NCBI RefSeq assembly: GCF_006345805.1
Contig: NC_043000.1
Location: 122,822,001-122,886,000 of the forward strand
Origin: Octopus sinensis
Taxonomy: Eukaryota
DNA length: 64,000 nt
Direction: 5' to 3'
Shown here in pieces: positions 13,551 to 26,899 of the stretch (position 1 is its first letter; each line of letters starts with the position of its first letter). The notes beneath the pieces were generated by a model. The model saw only the letters and a program-made list of their open reading frames with translations. It was not told the origin of the DNA and did not search any database. Made by a program: the position numbers and the translations under genes.

Positions 13551-14156
13551 AAAATTATAAATGAGGGTGAAAAATCGATAGTTGGAAACGGATCTTCTGT
13601 GGTTGCTTCGGACCTATTTTTAGCACTAGAGTTATCCACATAGTGGATAACTCTCTAATAATTTATGTATAAATTTGTTTTTCCTCCGTATTTTTTGTGC
13701 TAAGCCACTTGGTGTTAAATTGATGGTATTATTAAATTAATATCGATTTTTCACCCTCATTTATAATTTTATAATTAACTACTACGCGGCAGTCATATTT
13801 TTATTTGATGCGGCATACGTTTCCAATGGAGTCTAGGCATGCTTTTGGCGCGGAATTGAGACATACTAAAATGTAATTGGTTGGACCGCTCGTGTTTTTG
13901 ACGCCCGAATCGATCTAATTAATTGCATTTCTGACAAACTCTACCGAAGATTTATAGATGCAAGTGTAAGTAAAACTACATATTGCATTAGTAATGAAAC
14001 AATTGTATAGAGTCAATCTATTTTATTCGTTGTATTTCACTTTCTTCAGTTAAATGTGTGTTGATTCTAGTTGGAAACGGATCTTCTGTGGTTGCTTCGG
14101 AGCTATTTTTAGCACTAGAGTTATCCACATAGTGGATAACTCTCTAATAATTTATA
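13551..14156. mobile_element. probable Penelope-like element terminus (direct + inverted terminal repeats)
   Basis: ~89-bp direct repeat (13579-13667 and 14068-14156) plus perfect 30-bp inverted repeat (13551-13580 and 13741-13770). Family assignment is inferred from architecture only. Confidence 0.45.
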
Positions 14157-14480
14157 TATATATATATATATAGTTAGCGGGCTTCCATTCAGTTTCTTTT
14201 AGAAAATTCACTCACAAAGCACTGATCGGTCAGGTGGAGAGGCTATTGTAGAAGACACTTGCCCAGAGTATCGCGTAGCAGAACTGAATCCAAAACCTTG
14301 TGGCTTTAAGGCGAGACTTTTAAATATAATGCCATATCTGTGCATTACAGAATTATGAAATCATGCTATCTCACTTCCAAAAACCAAGCTTCAATGTGTG
14401 AAACTATGTCTATAGCTATCTATCTCAATGAAATATAATAGGTGATAGGCCTAAAATTCTCCACGATTTTTCTTTTGATA

Positions 14481-15042
14481 TTGGGTTGTCCGGAAAGTTC
14501 GTGCCGATTTTGAAAGGAAAGAAAATGGTCAATAAATACTTGCCATTACATTTTCAATCAACCAAATATGAACCATTTTGTTGCACAATACTTCTCCATT
14601 TTTCCTTTAACTTGAAAATATCCTCTCCCCAGAATTGAGGTGGTTTCATAGCAATGAATTCATCAAGATATCATTTTAAGTCATCCAAGGAATTGAAATT
14701 TTTACCATTAAGACTATTCTGCAGAGACCTGAATAAGTGGAAATCCGAAGGTGCAATATCTGGTGAATATGGATGGGGGGTGGTAACACATCCCAGCCAA
14801 TCTGCAGCAATTTTTGTCTGGTTCCCAAAGCATCAAGTGCCGAAAATGAACTTTCTTATCTTCCATTTTAAAGGGTTACAGAATCAACACAGGTTATAGG
14901 AACCGGCTTCCAGGAAAAGATAGCTTAAACTGTGCTCTAAATAGAGGTATAGTCAAATCCTATTTTATGGACTCAACCATGTTCTAAAGTAAGTCAAAAT
15001 GCAAGCTATTATAAATCGGCACGAACTTTCCAGACAACCCAA
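14481..15042 (-). mobile_element. non-autonomous mariner (internal deletion derivative), TA TSD
   Basis: TIRs ttgggttgtccggaaagttcgtgccgattt and aaatcggcacgaactttccagacaacccaa, TA on both sides; minus strand keeps start MEDKKVHFRHL and C-terminal PYSPDIAPSDFHLFRSLQ. Confidence 0.92.
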
Positions 15043-17857
15043 TAGATAAGATGTGATTTTGGAAAGTATTGCTATTTCTAGCAGATCGATCAGTATCGTA
15101 GAAATGCGTCCTCTTTGGCCCCGAAGACATTGGCAGTAAGTGTCGCTGAAATGAAAGTAACACCTACTGGCAAAATAACCAAGTAGATATAAATATTCAA
15201 CTACAAATACAAAGAGAATGAGAGTGATTTATTTGTAGACATCCTGATGTGTTTCTAACCAGATTATTTAATTCTTAATTCGATATTGGAGAAGAAGAGT
15301 ATATAACATTATAGATTTGGGGGAAATAGATCAATAGAGTTGATTCTCCATTGAGATCATCCCTTGAGATCATCAAATATCAATGAATTCCCTTTAACTC
15401 CACCGCTTACTGACCGAACTTAACAAAACAAGCATCACACACTATACAAAAGCATCTTTGCATATTTGATTTCGAAAACTTGACGAAACAAAGTTTGATC
15501 GCCTATATGCAATAGTGAATGGCATCTTTCGACTGTTACATCTCAAAGTTTCTCCTCTGAGCTGTCTGTGTTAATAACACCAGCTAAATAACAATGAACA
15601 TGTATTTTCTTACTTAAAAATAAGCAATGGTGGCGACATCTACTGGATGCAAAATAATCAACATATATTACAAGCAACAATGAAAATTTCTTACCAAAAT
15701 GGAGACAATGTTTAGACATAAAGTATATAAAATCATTACAAAATATGTTTCAGCAGAAAACTCAATCAGGGCATCCTAAAATTACTTCTGAGAATAGCCA
15801 AAAAAATCAATTTTTTTCAAATCCCCATTGGTGTTTCCACACAACATTCCGCTGTTAATATTCTGTTGATTCGCATCTGGTGTTCAGTGTAAAGTCTAAT
15901 GCAGCTTTATTGACTATTGAGTCTAGTTCCGCAGTCCTCAACATACATCCCCACCACAAACGCACAAGCGCACGCGCGCACACAAACACACACACCTACG
16001 CAAACTCACACTCAGCTCCTCCCTCCCTGTTGCTGTCTTTCCTTTCCCCTCTCCTTCTCTCTGTTTCTCTCTCCATATCACACTCCCATCCTGCTGTGTT
16101 TTACTATTTTTATATATTCTAATTTCCTGTTGTCGCGTATATATATGTATTCGTATGTATGCAAATATATATTATATATGTACGTTTATAACATATAAAT
16201 ATATATATATATACATGCATACATACATATATATATATATATATACATACTGAAACACATACGTGTGTATGTATGTGAGTGTGCGTGTGTACACACACAC
16301 ACATGTATATGTGTGAGTATTGACTCTCGTATAGACCGACATATACACAGATACTTAAGGAGAAAACTACATATGCCATCAAAAGACGATTATACAAAAA
16401 GTTGATAAAACATCAAACTTTTGTCATCCCGATTCTGAATAGACCGTGTATATGAGAATATGCATTGCCCCTTTGGGAACCAATCAAAACTAAAATTTTC
16501 TATGGTTTCCAAGTTGTTGGCCCTCTTTCTTTTACTGTTCCATGTTTGGTATCATTTTCAACTTCAAGTTTGAATCTATGAGAAAATTACGTACTTAATC
16601 AGTCAATGACTTAATAGTCCTCTATAAAACATCACTTTCCCTCCCCTTCTCACGTTCAGATGATGAGAAAGGACCATAGAACGAAACGTCATGTATTTAC
16701 TCTTCGTGGCATTGAGCTACTTCAACTAACTCGCATAGGATTAATTATTGCCGACGGAGTCCATAATAATTTTCCTTCAATTCCCATTTAAAAGTAGGTA
16801 GCAAGTGTTGGTTTGATTACCTAAAGTACAGAGTGGGCATCGAATTCGGTGTGAATTATCGGTAGTGTGCACAATTGATCTAAAACCATCTGTTATTTAT
16901 AATTTCGAGGTGGGACCTTTCGTTGCCATAAATGAAGTATCTCGAGGTGCTTTATTGAGTCAATACGTTTTAAGACAACTTATATCCAGCTACACTGCTG
17001 AATTTTTTTTTAAAAAAAAAGCAACGTTGAGTGGTGTGTGTGCGCTCTGGTATTAAATTCACTTTTTAAGCTTAGGAAGTTTAATCCAGAACAATGCATT
17101 ATAATCTGTTTGTCTGCGAGGATTAATAACTTTCATACTTTGTAAAAAAACAACAAAAAATGCTTTAATACACTACGAACTAAAGTAAATGTATTAGGTA
17201 GATTGTTGGGGTGGGAGACGGAAAGAAATGTACGCAAGCGGCATATCGAAGTTGATTTAATGGAAATAGTTGAGTCCAACCAAAAATGTTAACATCTTAA
17301 AACAATGTTAATCTCTTTAGCTCACTGAAAGAAAAAAAAAATTCTTATTGTTGAAAAGAAAATAATTAATAGTTTTTATTATTACTATTATTATTATTTT
17401 CCTTTTTTTCTGTTAATTCCAACAGATTAGATAAAAACTACAAACGTCCTTTTCAAATCAAATCAGTAGAACTAGATATGATATCCACATCGCTATAGAA
17501 TGCAATACAATTCGACCTGATCAAAACTGATGGTGCCGAAACAATGTAAAAGGGAATCAATATTGATTTGCTGGAGTAAGAGTAGATTTTGAAATATGTG
17601 GAGTGCATTGAAGAAAGGTTTCAAACAAAAATGTTCAGTATTCCGAAAGAAAATACTGAATTGGTCCGACATTCATCCTTTACAAGTGTTTACTTGTTCT
17701 GTAAGTAAAAATTATTAAATTATGTTTTCGATTTCCTATGAATTCAGAAATGTACTGCAGGATTTATACCAATATTATAATATTAATGTTTATTTTTTCT
17801 ATGACTGGTCAATCGAAGCGGTTTCACACTCTTCCATTGCTGTGTCTTCATATTATA

Positions 17858-18076
17858 TATTTCTTTACTACCCACAAGAGGCTAAACACAGAGGGGACAA
17901 ACGGATTAAGTCGATTATATCGACCCCAGTGCGTAACTGGTACTTAATTTATCGACCCCGAAAGGATGAAAGACAAAGTCGACCTCGGCAGAATTTGAAC
18001 TCAGAATGTAACGGCAGACGAAATACGGCTACACATTTCGCCCGGCTTGCTAACGTTTCTGCCAGCTCGCCGCCTT
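17858..18076 (-). mobile_element. SINE family A with TSD gtcttcatattata
   Basis: TSD at 17844-17857 and 18080-18093. Confidence 0.9.
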
Positions 18077-19572
18077 AGCGTCTTCATATTATAGAAGTAA
18101 AGCATTTTGTTTTTATCTCACAAGAGTAATTTTAATTAAAGGGAAACCTGAGGATACATTAGCAGGTATTATAATTAACTAATTAGTTCTTATCGTGTTA
18201 CATCCATTCAGCAACGTCATTATGATAATTTATTGCAAGGGTGGAAAGCAGATGCGATCAACATATTTGGTTACAGATGTCGACCTTTCATTGTACGGTC
18301 GGTGTTCGATCCGTAACCGTTACTTTTATTTCTTAGAGTATCCAGCATTATTCAATGTGTCCTTCAGTACATAACCTCAAATCAGCTCTGACTAATTAAA
18401 CTTAAGGCAAACAAGTATTCGGCTGAAGAACAGCGTTCTGTAGATATTATTGTGTTTTATATTTTACCCTACCGGATGACCAGACTTCACTGTCAAGTAT
18501 TCAGCACTTTATAGGCTGATGGGCAGTTTGGCCATCTGGAAATGCGTTCTCTACTGTCCACTCTATTATTGTACTATTGCAGATTCTAGCGTCCTAGTGG
18601 GGGAAGGTTTACCCGGCTGTATCTCCTTCGCTTCTTTATAAGACACTAAAGCGTGGTTCGAGGATATTTAGCTACTATTTCTAGTGGATCGAGAGACCGT
18701 GTAGGATCTTCCTCGATTTACTAGTCTGGTAATTACGTGCTAAAGGGGAAAATGTGGGCTTGATTCACATTCAGAAAAAAAAATTATGAAAAGAATTAAA
18801 TAATTCAGGTGGATTATAAAGAATGAAATACTAACTTTCGAAAAAAATATGTCCTATTTTGTGTAAGGATGAATAAATTTGAAACCAGCATGCTGTTATT
18901 TTGTATTTAGTGGGGAAATATTCTATTTTGTATGGACAGAAACAAGAATTGTGAATTGATCTGTGCAAGTGAAGAGGAACAGCTTTCAAAAGTGAATAGA
19001 AGCCGCTTAGACTGCTCGATACATTGGTTGAATAATTTTGCATTTGTACAACATCGCCTCACCACTTAAATCTGAACGTTAATTGATTAAAGCATGCCAC
19101 GTTCATATATGGACTCAGAAGCATGGAAGACAGCAGTGCGCCAAAACTATCGCTCTTGGTTTTATACAGTGTGTTTCTTAAACAGCAACAGAACATCAGA
19201 TATTGAGCAAGTAAAAGTGAGAATATGTAGCATTTATGTGGATTCATGTTCGAGTTAACCATAAGATTAGAGTTTTTAAAAATACTAATGTCTTACTAAT
19301 AGATACAGTAATATCTAAAATACAGCCAAAATGTAAAAATTCTTAACATAGATCTATTGTGTAAATAATAATAGTTTCTAAGTCAGCAATTTCGGGGGTG
19401 ATGAGAGTTTGTCAGTTACATCAACCTAGTTTTGGAATGGTACTTCATTTTATTTGCTCCGATTGGGTGTGGGGACTGGATTTGAACTCAGAACATAAAG
19501 AGGCGGAATAAATACTGCAAAGCAGTTACGACTGTGCTTGCTTGCAGCCTTTATTACGTAAATAATAATACC

Positions 19573-19808
19573 TATTTATTTATTTATTACCCACAAGGGG
19601 CTAAACATAGAGAGGACAAACAAGGACAGACATAGGTATCAAGTCGATTACATCGACCCCAGTGTGTAACTGGTACTTATTTAATCGACCCCGAAAGGAT
19701 GAAAGGCAAAGTTGACCTCGGCGGAATTTGAACTCAGAACGCAACGGCAGACGAAATACGGCTACGCATTTCGCCCGGCGTGCTGACGATTCTGCCAGCT
19801 CGCCACCT
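19573..19808 (-). mobile_element. SINE family A with TSD taaataataatacc
   Basis: Direct repeat taaataataatacc on both flanks. Confidence 0.9.
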
Positions 19809-20807
19809 TAAATAATAATACCATAGTATCATCTAATAAATCTAATATAATCTACACTGAGGCACGAACGAGGTTCTTACACGCTTACTTTCTGCTATTT
19901 AGCACTCGTCCAGTTTTATAAAAGTTATAGACAGAAAGTAGAAGATTGAAAAAGATGCAAATTTCTCACTTAGACTTTGAGCTTGATAATGTGTTTATCA
20001 TCAAATAACATTCAATAAATTAACTCCACCGGTCTTGATTGTACTGAGAACAACAATGACGACAACGACGGAAGTGAGAAGAAAACAAAAGCAATATTAA
20101 CATTACACATTCTGTTACAATAATGAAGCCGTCAGATTCCAGAAAGCGTGTCAACTGATTAATTAAAGAAAATAAAGCAAAGAAAACGTCAATGTGTGTC
20201 CAATTAAGTCGAGATTTTAATTTAATAACACGTGATTTAACAACCAATAACACTTGTTGTGGCGAGGAAAATTGCATTTTGCATAACATCGATGAAGGTG
20301 TCGTTAGAAACTGCCAGTAGTTCCACCTGGCTATTTTCGAGTTTACTGTCTATCACAGTTGCCACTTAATGCAGAAACGTTAATTAAATACCCTAACTTA
20401 ATTAAATTCGATTGCAAATCCATATCAGACTAGATGTCAAACTGTCACTCACATAAATTTCAACAAGTGAAATCTTGTCTGCAAAAAATTCGTAATTGAC
20501 GCGCTACAAACCCTATTCAAACCTGTTTATATAAACACAACCAATGTTATAACTGATACAAGCGACGTCTTACACACAAGACTTAAAAATCGTAAGTTTC
20601 CGTAGTTTGAAAGTACTGACATTTGTCATAAGATGTTTTTGGATATCACAAGGATCGGACGGATAAACTAACATGGTTTGAACTGTTGAAGTAATGCAGA
20701 TATAGAAATGTAATTATTATTGTGACTGTTACACATACTATTTACATTTAATGTGAAAAAAATTAAATAAATAATATTTAGTTAATTTTAATATTATAAA
20801 AAGTTAA

Positions 20808-21600
20808 GAGGGCGAGCTGGCAAAATCGTTAGTACGTGGGGCAAAATGCTTTGGGCCGTTTCGTCCGTCTTTACGTTCCGAGTTCAAATTCCACCGAGAT
20901 CGACTTTGCCTTTCGGCTCGATAAAATAAATACCAGTTGTGCACTAGGGGTCGATTAATCGACTTAGCCCCTCATCCGAAATCGCTGGCCTTGTGCCAAA
21001 ATTTGAAACCAATATTACTCAAAGTCACAATCATGGTTCACACAAACTCCACCGCTTTGAATGTGTACATCCTATTATGTACACATTCAAAGGCGGTGCA
21101 TTTGCAATTTCTTCCACTTCTTTTCACTTCTGAGTTCAAATTTTTCTTTCCTCCATTTGGAATCGTTGAAAGAGATACCAGTTAAGCACTAAGATTGATA
21201 TATCAACTAGATCCTTCTTCAGAATTTCGATCCTTGGGCCCATAAAGAATTATTATGTACACATACAAGGACGGTGGATTGGCGATTTCTTCCACTTCAT
21301 TTCATTTCTGAGTTCAAATTTTTCTTTCCTCAAATTTGGAGTCGTTGAAAGACCACTAGGGTTGATATATCAACTAGATCCTTCTTCAGAATTTCGGTCC
21401 TTGAGTCCATAAAGACTTATGTACACATACAAGGACGGTGGATTGGCGATTTCTTGCAGTTCTTTACGTTCTAAGTTCAATTTTGCCTTTCATCCTTTTG
21501 GGGTCGTTAAAATAGATTACCAGACAAATACTGAGATCCATGTAATTCACCAGTTCCCTCCACTACATATTTCCTAGTCCTGTGCCTAGATTAAATGCAA
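20808..21600 (+). repeat. short-tail SINE A copy followed by three tandem decayed SINE-derived units
   Basis: SINE head at 20808; tatgtacacat(t/a)caa recurs at about 21076, 21255 and 21418 with ttctgagttcaaattt and gatatatcaactagatccttcttcag repeated. Confidence 0.65.
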
Positions 21601-23559
21601 TTATTATGCATTCAATAGTGAAAAGCATTAAAAGATTAAGCTTAAAAATAATAAATACTTTTAAGCTACCATTTGATTTGTATATTTTTAGATATTGAGC
21701 AGTGTATAGCTACTTAACCCAGGCTTGAGTGAAATTTTAAGAGTTATTTCAAGTAACCCATAAAACTAATTATCTGTTTTACTGTCTTTCACTCACCCTT
21801 CCATCTTTGACCATGAAAATTATAGCAAAGTACAACAATATATTAGTCACCTGCTTGACTGTAATATATAAACTTATTTATTTCTCGAATGCATGTCTGT
21901 AAGCGGTTCATCTGATAAAATGAATACAATTGATTTCAATGTAATGAAACAACTAGAGCCATTCATTGAATATCTATATATGTGCAAAGAAAGGTAAATT
22001 AAATGAAAAAATATTGCTGTAGGGGTAATGTTTCGTCTACTCATGTTGTGTACATAATATTGTTTGGTAGAAGGCAAATTCATCAACAGAAAACTCGAAA
22101 TGAAAAATAAAAAATAAAAAGCAGCTATTACAACCTTCTTTAAGACATTGCACTTTAGCCATAGTGACAATGGCTGGCTGTGGGCAAAGTATTGACATCT
22201 CGTTGTATTGGTTTGTTTTGTTTCCTTTCTTTTTTTTTCAATTTATATTTGAGATTCATCTGATTTCTTTTATCTTCATTACAAAAAAATACTAAAGCAA
22301 CAAATTTATATTGAATGAGAACACCGCGATTTTGGGTTCACATTGAATAAATACCATATGTGATTGTAATCTAACACAACATTAAACAAGTGCAAACTTA
22401 GTATTAAATTTATTAATTTCAAACTTATAAGAATCAGAAGTGTAGAATATTAGTTACTGGTAAGTAGACTAGTACTCGGTTAGTGTTAATAATTGATTTC
22501 TGCTTTCTCTTAGTTCACTGCTGCAAGACTGTGCGTTGGTGTATCTCAAGAAATATGTTAATAATTTCAGTTACTGCTCTGTCTTGAAAATTAATCTGTG
22601 ACTGCCTGAAACCTATTTCAGTTCATATATTCACTTGTTGTACAAATAAAGCATTCGAAAACTGAAGATATTTCATTTCTGTCTACAAACGTTTAGAATA
22701 ACTTAAGTTCGCTTCTGTATATTAAATCAATATCAATGCTATCTTCATTACCTTTTAACAAAATTAAAATGTTCAACAGGGTTTTTCTTTTTTGTTTTGT
22801 TTTTTTACTCTCGTTTTCTAAAACAGAATATTTATTATTTCTGAATATTGATTTCTTTAGACTTTACACAAAGCTTTATACTTATAAACGATTGCAAGTA
22901 CGATTTTGTGATGTTCATTTCTTCCCTGGAAAACATTATTGATATAAAAGAAATAAAACGTCTACAACGGAAACTCGAGAGCCGAACAAACTTGTAGTAC
23001 TTAATACAATTTTGTTACTACAGAAAAAAAAAATATATTTAGATATAAAAATATAAAATGATATAATATAATTAGCGTGAACAAAGACTGCATTTTATAT
23101 AATAATTGGAGATTTTAACGAAGTGGATATCGGTCAGTTTAGAGATGAAGAATTTACAAATGTATTTAATTGAGATTTGAAAGGGAAGAGAAAATATCTC
23201 GTGATCTAAGGCAATAACAACTCGATAGGTTTTTGCTAAAAATTATCTAAAAGTGCAATTTCTGTTTTGCTGATAATGTATTGAACAAAACTCACGGTAT
23301 ATGATATTATTTTATTTCGATTTTGTCTTCTTTTTTACTTTAATCGATCAACATGTCTATTGAACATTAATTTCATCTGATACTATCAACAGGGGGAAAA
23401 ATTGCAATGAATATTGATCCGTCGTGGTCTTTGTGTTGTATAGATGTAGAAATTAGTTTAGAAGGGCATATATTTTAATTGGTCGTCTAGTTTTTTTTCT
23501 ATTCCTTTTGAGGTGGTCGGGGGCGGAAACTAAAACACATTACTTTCCCTACTACTACT

Positions 23560-23683
23560 GCTGCTGCTACTACTACTACTACCTTTCACAGAATAAATAT
23601 CCATTCGTTCAGTTTTGAGAATATTGATAAGGTACTTACTTTTGTTCTACTAACTGTTGAAATGGATGAAATGTCTGATAAGA

Positions 23684-23718
<35 letters not shown>

Positions 23719-24070
23719 TAATACTAATAATAATAATAATAATAATGATAATACTAATAATAACAATAATAATAATGATAATAATAATAATAATAACAAT
23801 AATAATAATAATAATAATAATAATGTAAGTGGTTTTGATTTATTTCGTAACTTTATCATCATCATCGCCATCATCATCATCAACATAATCGTCATTGTCG
23901 TCATTTTATCAGCAACCGCAGAGTTATCACCATTAAGATAGTAATAAAAAATGTGATCATCATCATCACAATGTATTGATTTATCATCATCGTGGTCAAC
24001 ATCATCCATCATCATTATCATAATCATCATCGTTGCTGTTGTTATTTTTCTTCTTCTTATTATTATTATT
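23560..24070. repeat. trinucleotide microsatellite cluster (CTA/CTG, AAT, CAT, TTA)
   Basis: Directly visible; explains the poly-N, poly-L and poly-I ORFs. Confidence 0.9.
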
Positions 24071-24445
24071 ATTGTTATTTCTTGCCTGTGTAAGACGTCT
24101 TTATTTTGCTCCAGCTTTGCGAAAATTGCATTATTACTAATTATGTTTCTTATTGTGCTGAATTATTACTCAAGAGGGTGAGAATTTTCATTGTTAAGAT
24201 ATTGTGGTGGGAAAAAAAGACATTTTGGAAATACTTTCTTCTCTGGCCAGCTTTCAATAAAAATCGTCGACCAGACAAGCTCCCCCAACGAACAAAGACA
24301 TTCGCATAAGCAAGCCGTAAAAGCTGGAAATATAAATAAAAATTCGAACCAGCAAACAAAAATGATTGATGTATGTGGCATTTATGACAGAAACGAAGAC
24401 TCGTACAACAATAATGAAATGGTAACAAGAAGACACAGTTTTCTA

Positions 24446-24672
24446 GAGGAGTGGTTGACTGGTAAGAAGCTTGCTGCCCAACCACATGGTTCCGGGTTCA
24501 GTCTCACTGCGTGGCAACTTGGGCAAGTGTCTTTTACTATAGCCTCGCGCCGACCAAAGCCTTGTGAGTGGATTTGGTAGACGGAAACTGAAAGAAGCAC
24601 GTCATATACGTATGTATATGTGTGTGTGTGTGTGTGTGTGTATGTGTCTGTCCCCCAACATCGCTTGACAAC
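24446..24672 (+). mobile_element. SINE family B, 3'-truncated
   Basis: ccacatggttccgggttcagtc...ccgaccaaagccttgtgagtggatttggtagacggaaactg...cgcttgacaac. Confidence 0.85.
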
Positions 24673-25354
24673 AGCAGCAGCAGCAGTAGTAGTAGTAGTA
24701 GTAGTCAATAGTCAACCTGATTGTTCTACACCCGTCTATCTCTGTACATGAAACAACAGCACCGTCAATTTCAACAACCAAGTACAGCCTCGGAGAAATA
24801 GTGACCAAACTACAGAACAAAAATACCCAAATGATAGCTTCTTCGAACAAGCATAAGAGAGCAGAAACATTTTTATAATTCTCTAATAGTGCTTTTTGGA
24901 AGAATTGCTGCAGCAGGTTGGAAACGTTAATTTTAAAGACAGGCCATTGAAAACAAGCATAAATAAGAGCCTTCAAAATTAGAACTGGAAATAGTAAATG
25001 AAATAGCGGGAGAATGTAAGACCTATTCAATTGGAACCCTCATACGAGACTTGTATCAACTATAAATCTATTGAGGTATGTTTCAGTAATAACATTGGTA
25101 GCCTACCGCAATGCGCTGTTACTGCGCAATAAGGACAGAGCTAAACAACTTGAGCCGGGCTCTTTTCGAAGAACTATCTCAGATTTATCAATAAATTCAC
25201 AAACCATCACAAACAGTTAAACAAGAATATCGGTTCGTGTTTATAGAAAGCAGTAAACAAATTATTTGCTGATGCGGGTTGCTGCCTGCCAAACTAATAA
25301 TTGTCCTGCACACGAAGAACAGTGGAAATAAAAAAAAATAATGGTTTTAAATGT

Positions 25355-26040
25355 CGGTAGAAGCCAACAACTTCGATCGAGGGAGTGAGCCGATTACACC
25401 GACCGCAGTGCTCACCTGGTACTTATTTTATCGACCCCGGATGGATGAAAGTCAAAGTCGACCCCGGCGGCATTTGAACTCAGAACGTAAAGACGGACAA
25501 AATCTAGCTAAGCATTTTTCTCAGTGTGCTAACCAGCCTACCAGCTCGCCACCTTAGTGAAAATAAAAATAATGGTTTTGAAATTTTATGACAAGGCCAA
25601 CAATTTCGATAAAGAGGCAAGTTGATTATATCGACCCCAGTGTTCAACTGGTACTTATTTTATCGGCCCCGAAAAGATGAAAAGCAACTTTGATCGCAGA
25701 TGCATTTGAACTCAGAATGTAAAGGCAGCCGTAATACCTATTTCTTTACTACCCACAAGGGGCTAAACATAGAGTGGACAAACAAGGACGGACAAACGGA
25801 TTAAGTCGATTATATCGACCCCAGCGCATAACTAGTACTTATTTAATCGACCCCGAAAGGATGAAAGGCTAAGTCGACCTCGGCAGAATTTGAACTCAGA
25901 ACGTAACGGCAGACGAAACACGGCTACGCTTTTCGCCCGGCGTGCTAACGTTTCTGCCAGCTCGCCGCCTTTCAGACGGATGAATACCGCTAAGCATTTT
26001 GCCCGGATTGTTAACAATTCCGCCAGCTCGCCGCGTTAGT
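25355..26040 (-). mobile_element. cluster of 3-4 nested or tandem SINE family A copies
   Basis: Repeated tcgaccccgaaaggatgaaag / atttgaactcagaacg / ccagctcgccgc blocks; long-tail copy at about 25739-25970. Confidence 0.85.
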
Positions 26041-26899
26041 GAAAATAATGGCGCAGATATTTATTTGTTAATACGCTTTGGCGGATAGGGAGATGAACAT
26101 GTTAATCACTGTGGTATTTTATCAACGGAGACGTTTTCGGTAGACAAAAAACAGAAAACAGTGATGAGCATATGCTCGTTTGAATCAGCCAGAACAGCTT
26201 AACAATGAAAATGTAGTCCTTATTTTACCAAATTATCCTTTCCTTTTTAAAAACATAATAATGGTATCATTCGAGAGAGATTTGACTGCTGTTTTCATAG
26301 GACGGGTGATAGTGTAAAGGTTTCTTACTGACTCTTTTCGTGTTGTATAATTCAGATATCCAATTAATGTAAATCATTACGTCTGTACCCTCTTCATAGC
26401 CAATATTGATTTTCACTGTACGCATTGCTTCTATACAAAAGCCAAGATGATTTGATGTGAAGAATCTTAATTCTTAGTTGTTCATGTAATACAATTACTA
26501 GAGTATGCGTCATATTCGCTTGACTAATTAAAATGAGGATCAAAAAATAATTAAGATGACTGACCTTTCATACAATACATTCGGTCTTTGAAATAAAGGT
26601 CTGTCGAAGAACCATATTTTGGTACTTGCCAAGTTTTGCTATCAGCAATTACTTTGATATTTTCATATTAAAACTCTTCTCAAAGATAGTATTTCTTTAA
26701 AAGCGTTTCACATCTTGAGGAACAAGATTTTTCTTCATATGTAACTGGCGTTTTTCTACAGGGCAGTTCAGTTTTTATTGATCTAATCACTGTTATACAT
26801 TTAATAGGTGGCTTTTTGTTATTGATACAGTAACCAGAATGCGCCAAGATTGATAAAACAGATTACCAATCAAGTGCGGGGGTTGCTGGTATCGACTAA

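Noticed and set aside
13632-13640. Perfect bacterial DnaA box TTATCCACA with a near-inverted partner (also at 14121)
   Set aside because: Embedded in a eukaryotic repeat terminus between TA runs; no bacterial genes or oriC context, so treated as coincidence.
17590-25240. Possible plus-strand exons at 17590-17700, 19111-19210, 24191-24440 and 25020-25240
   Set aside because: Each lacks either a credible acceptor, donor or start, and no homology was recognised.
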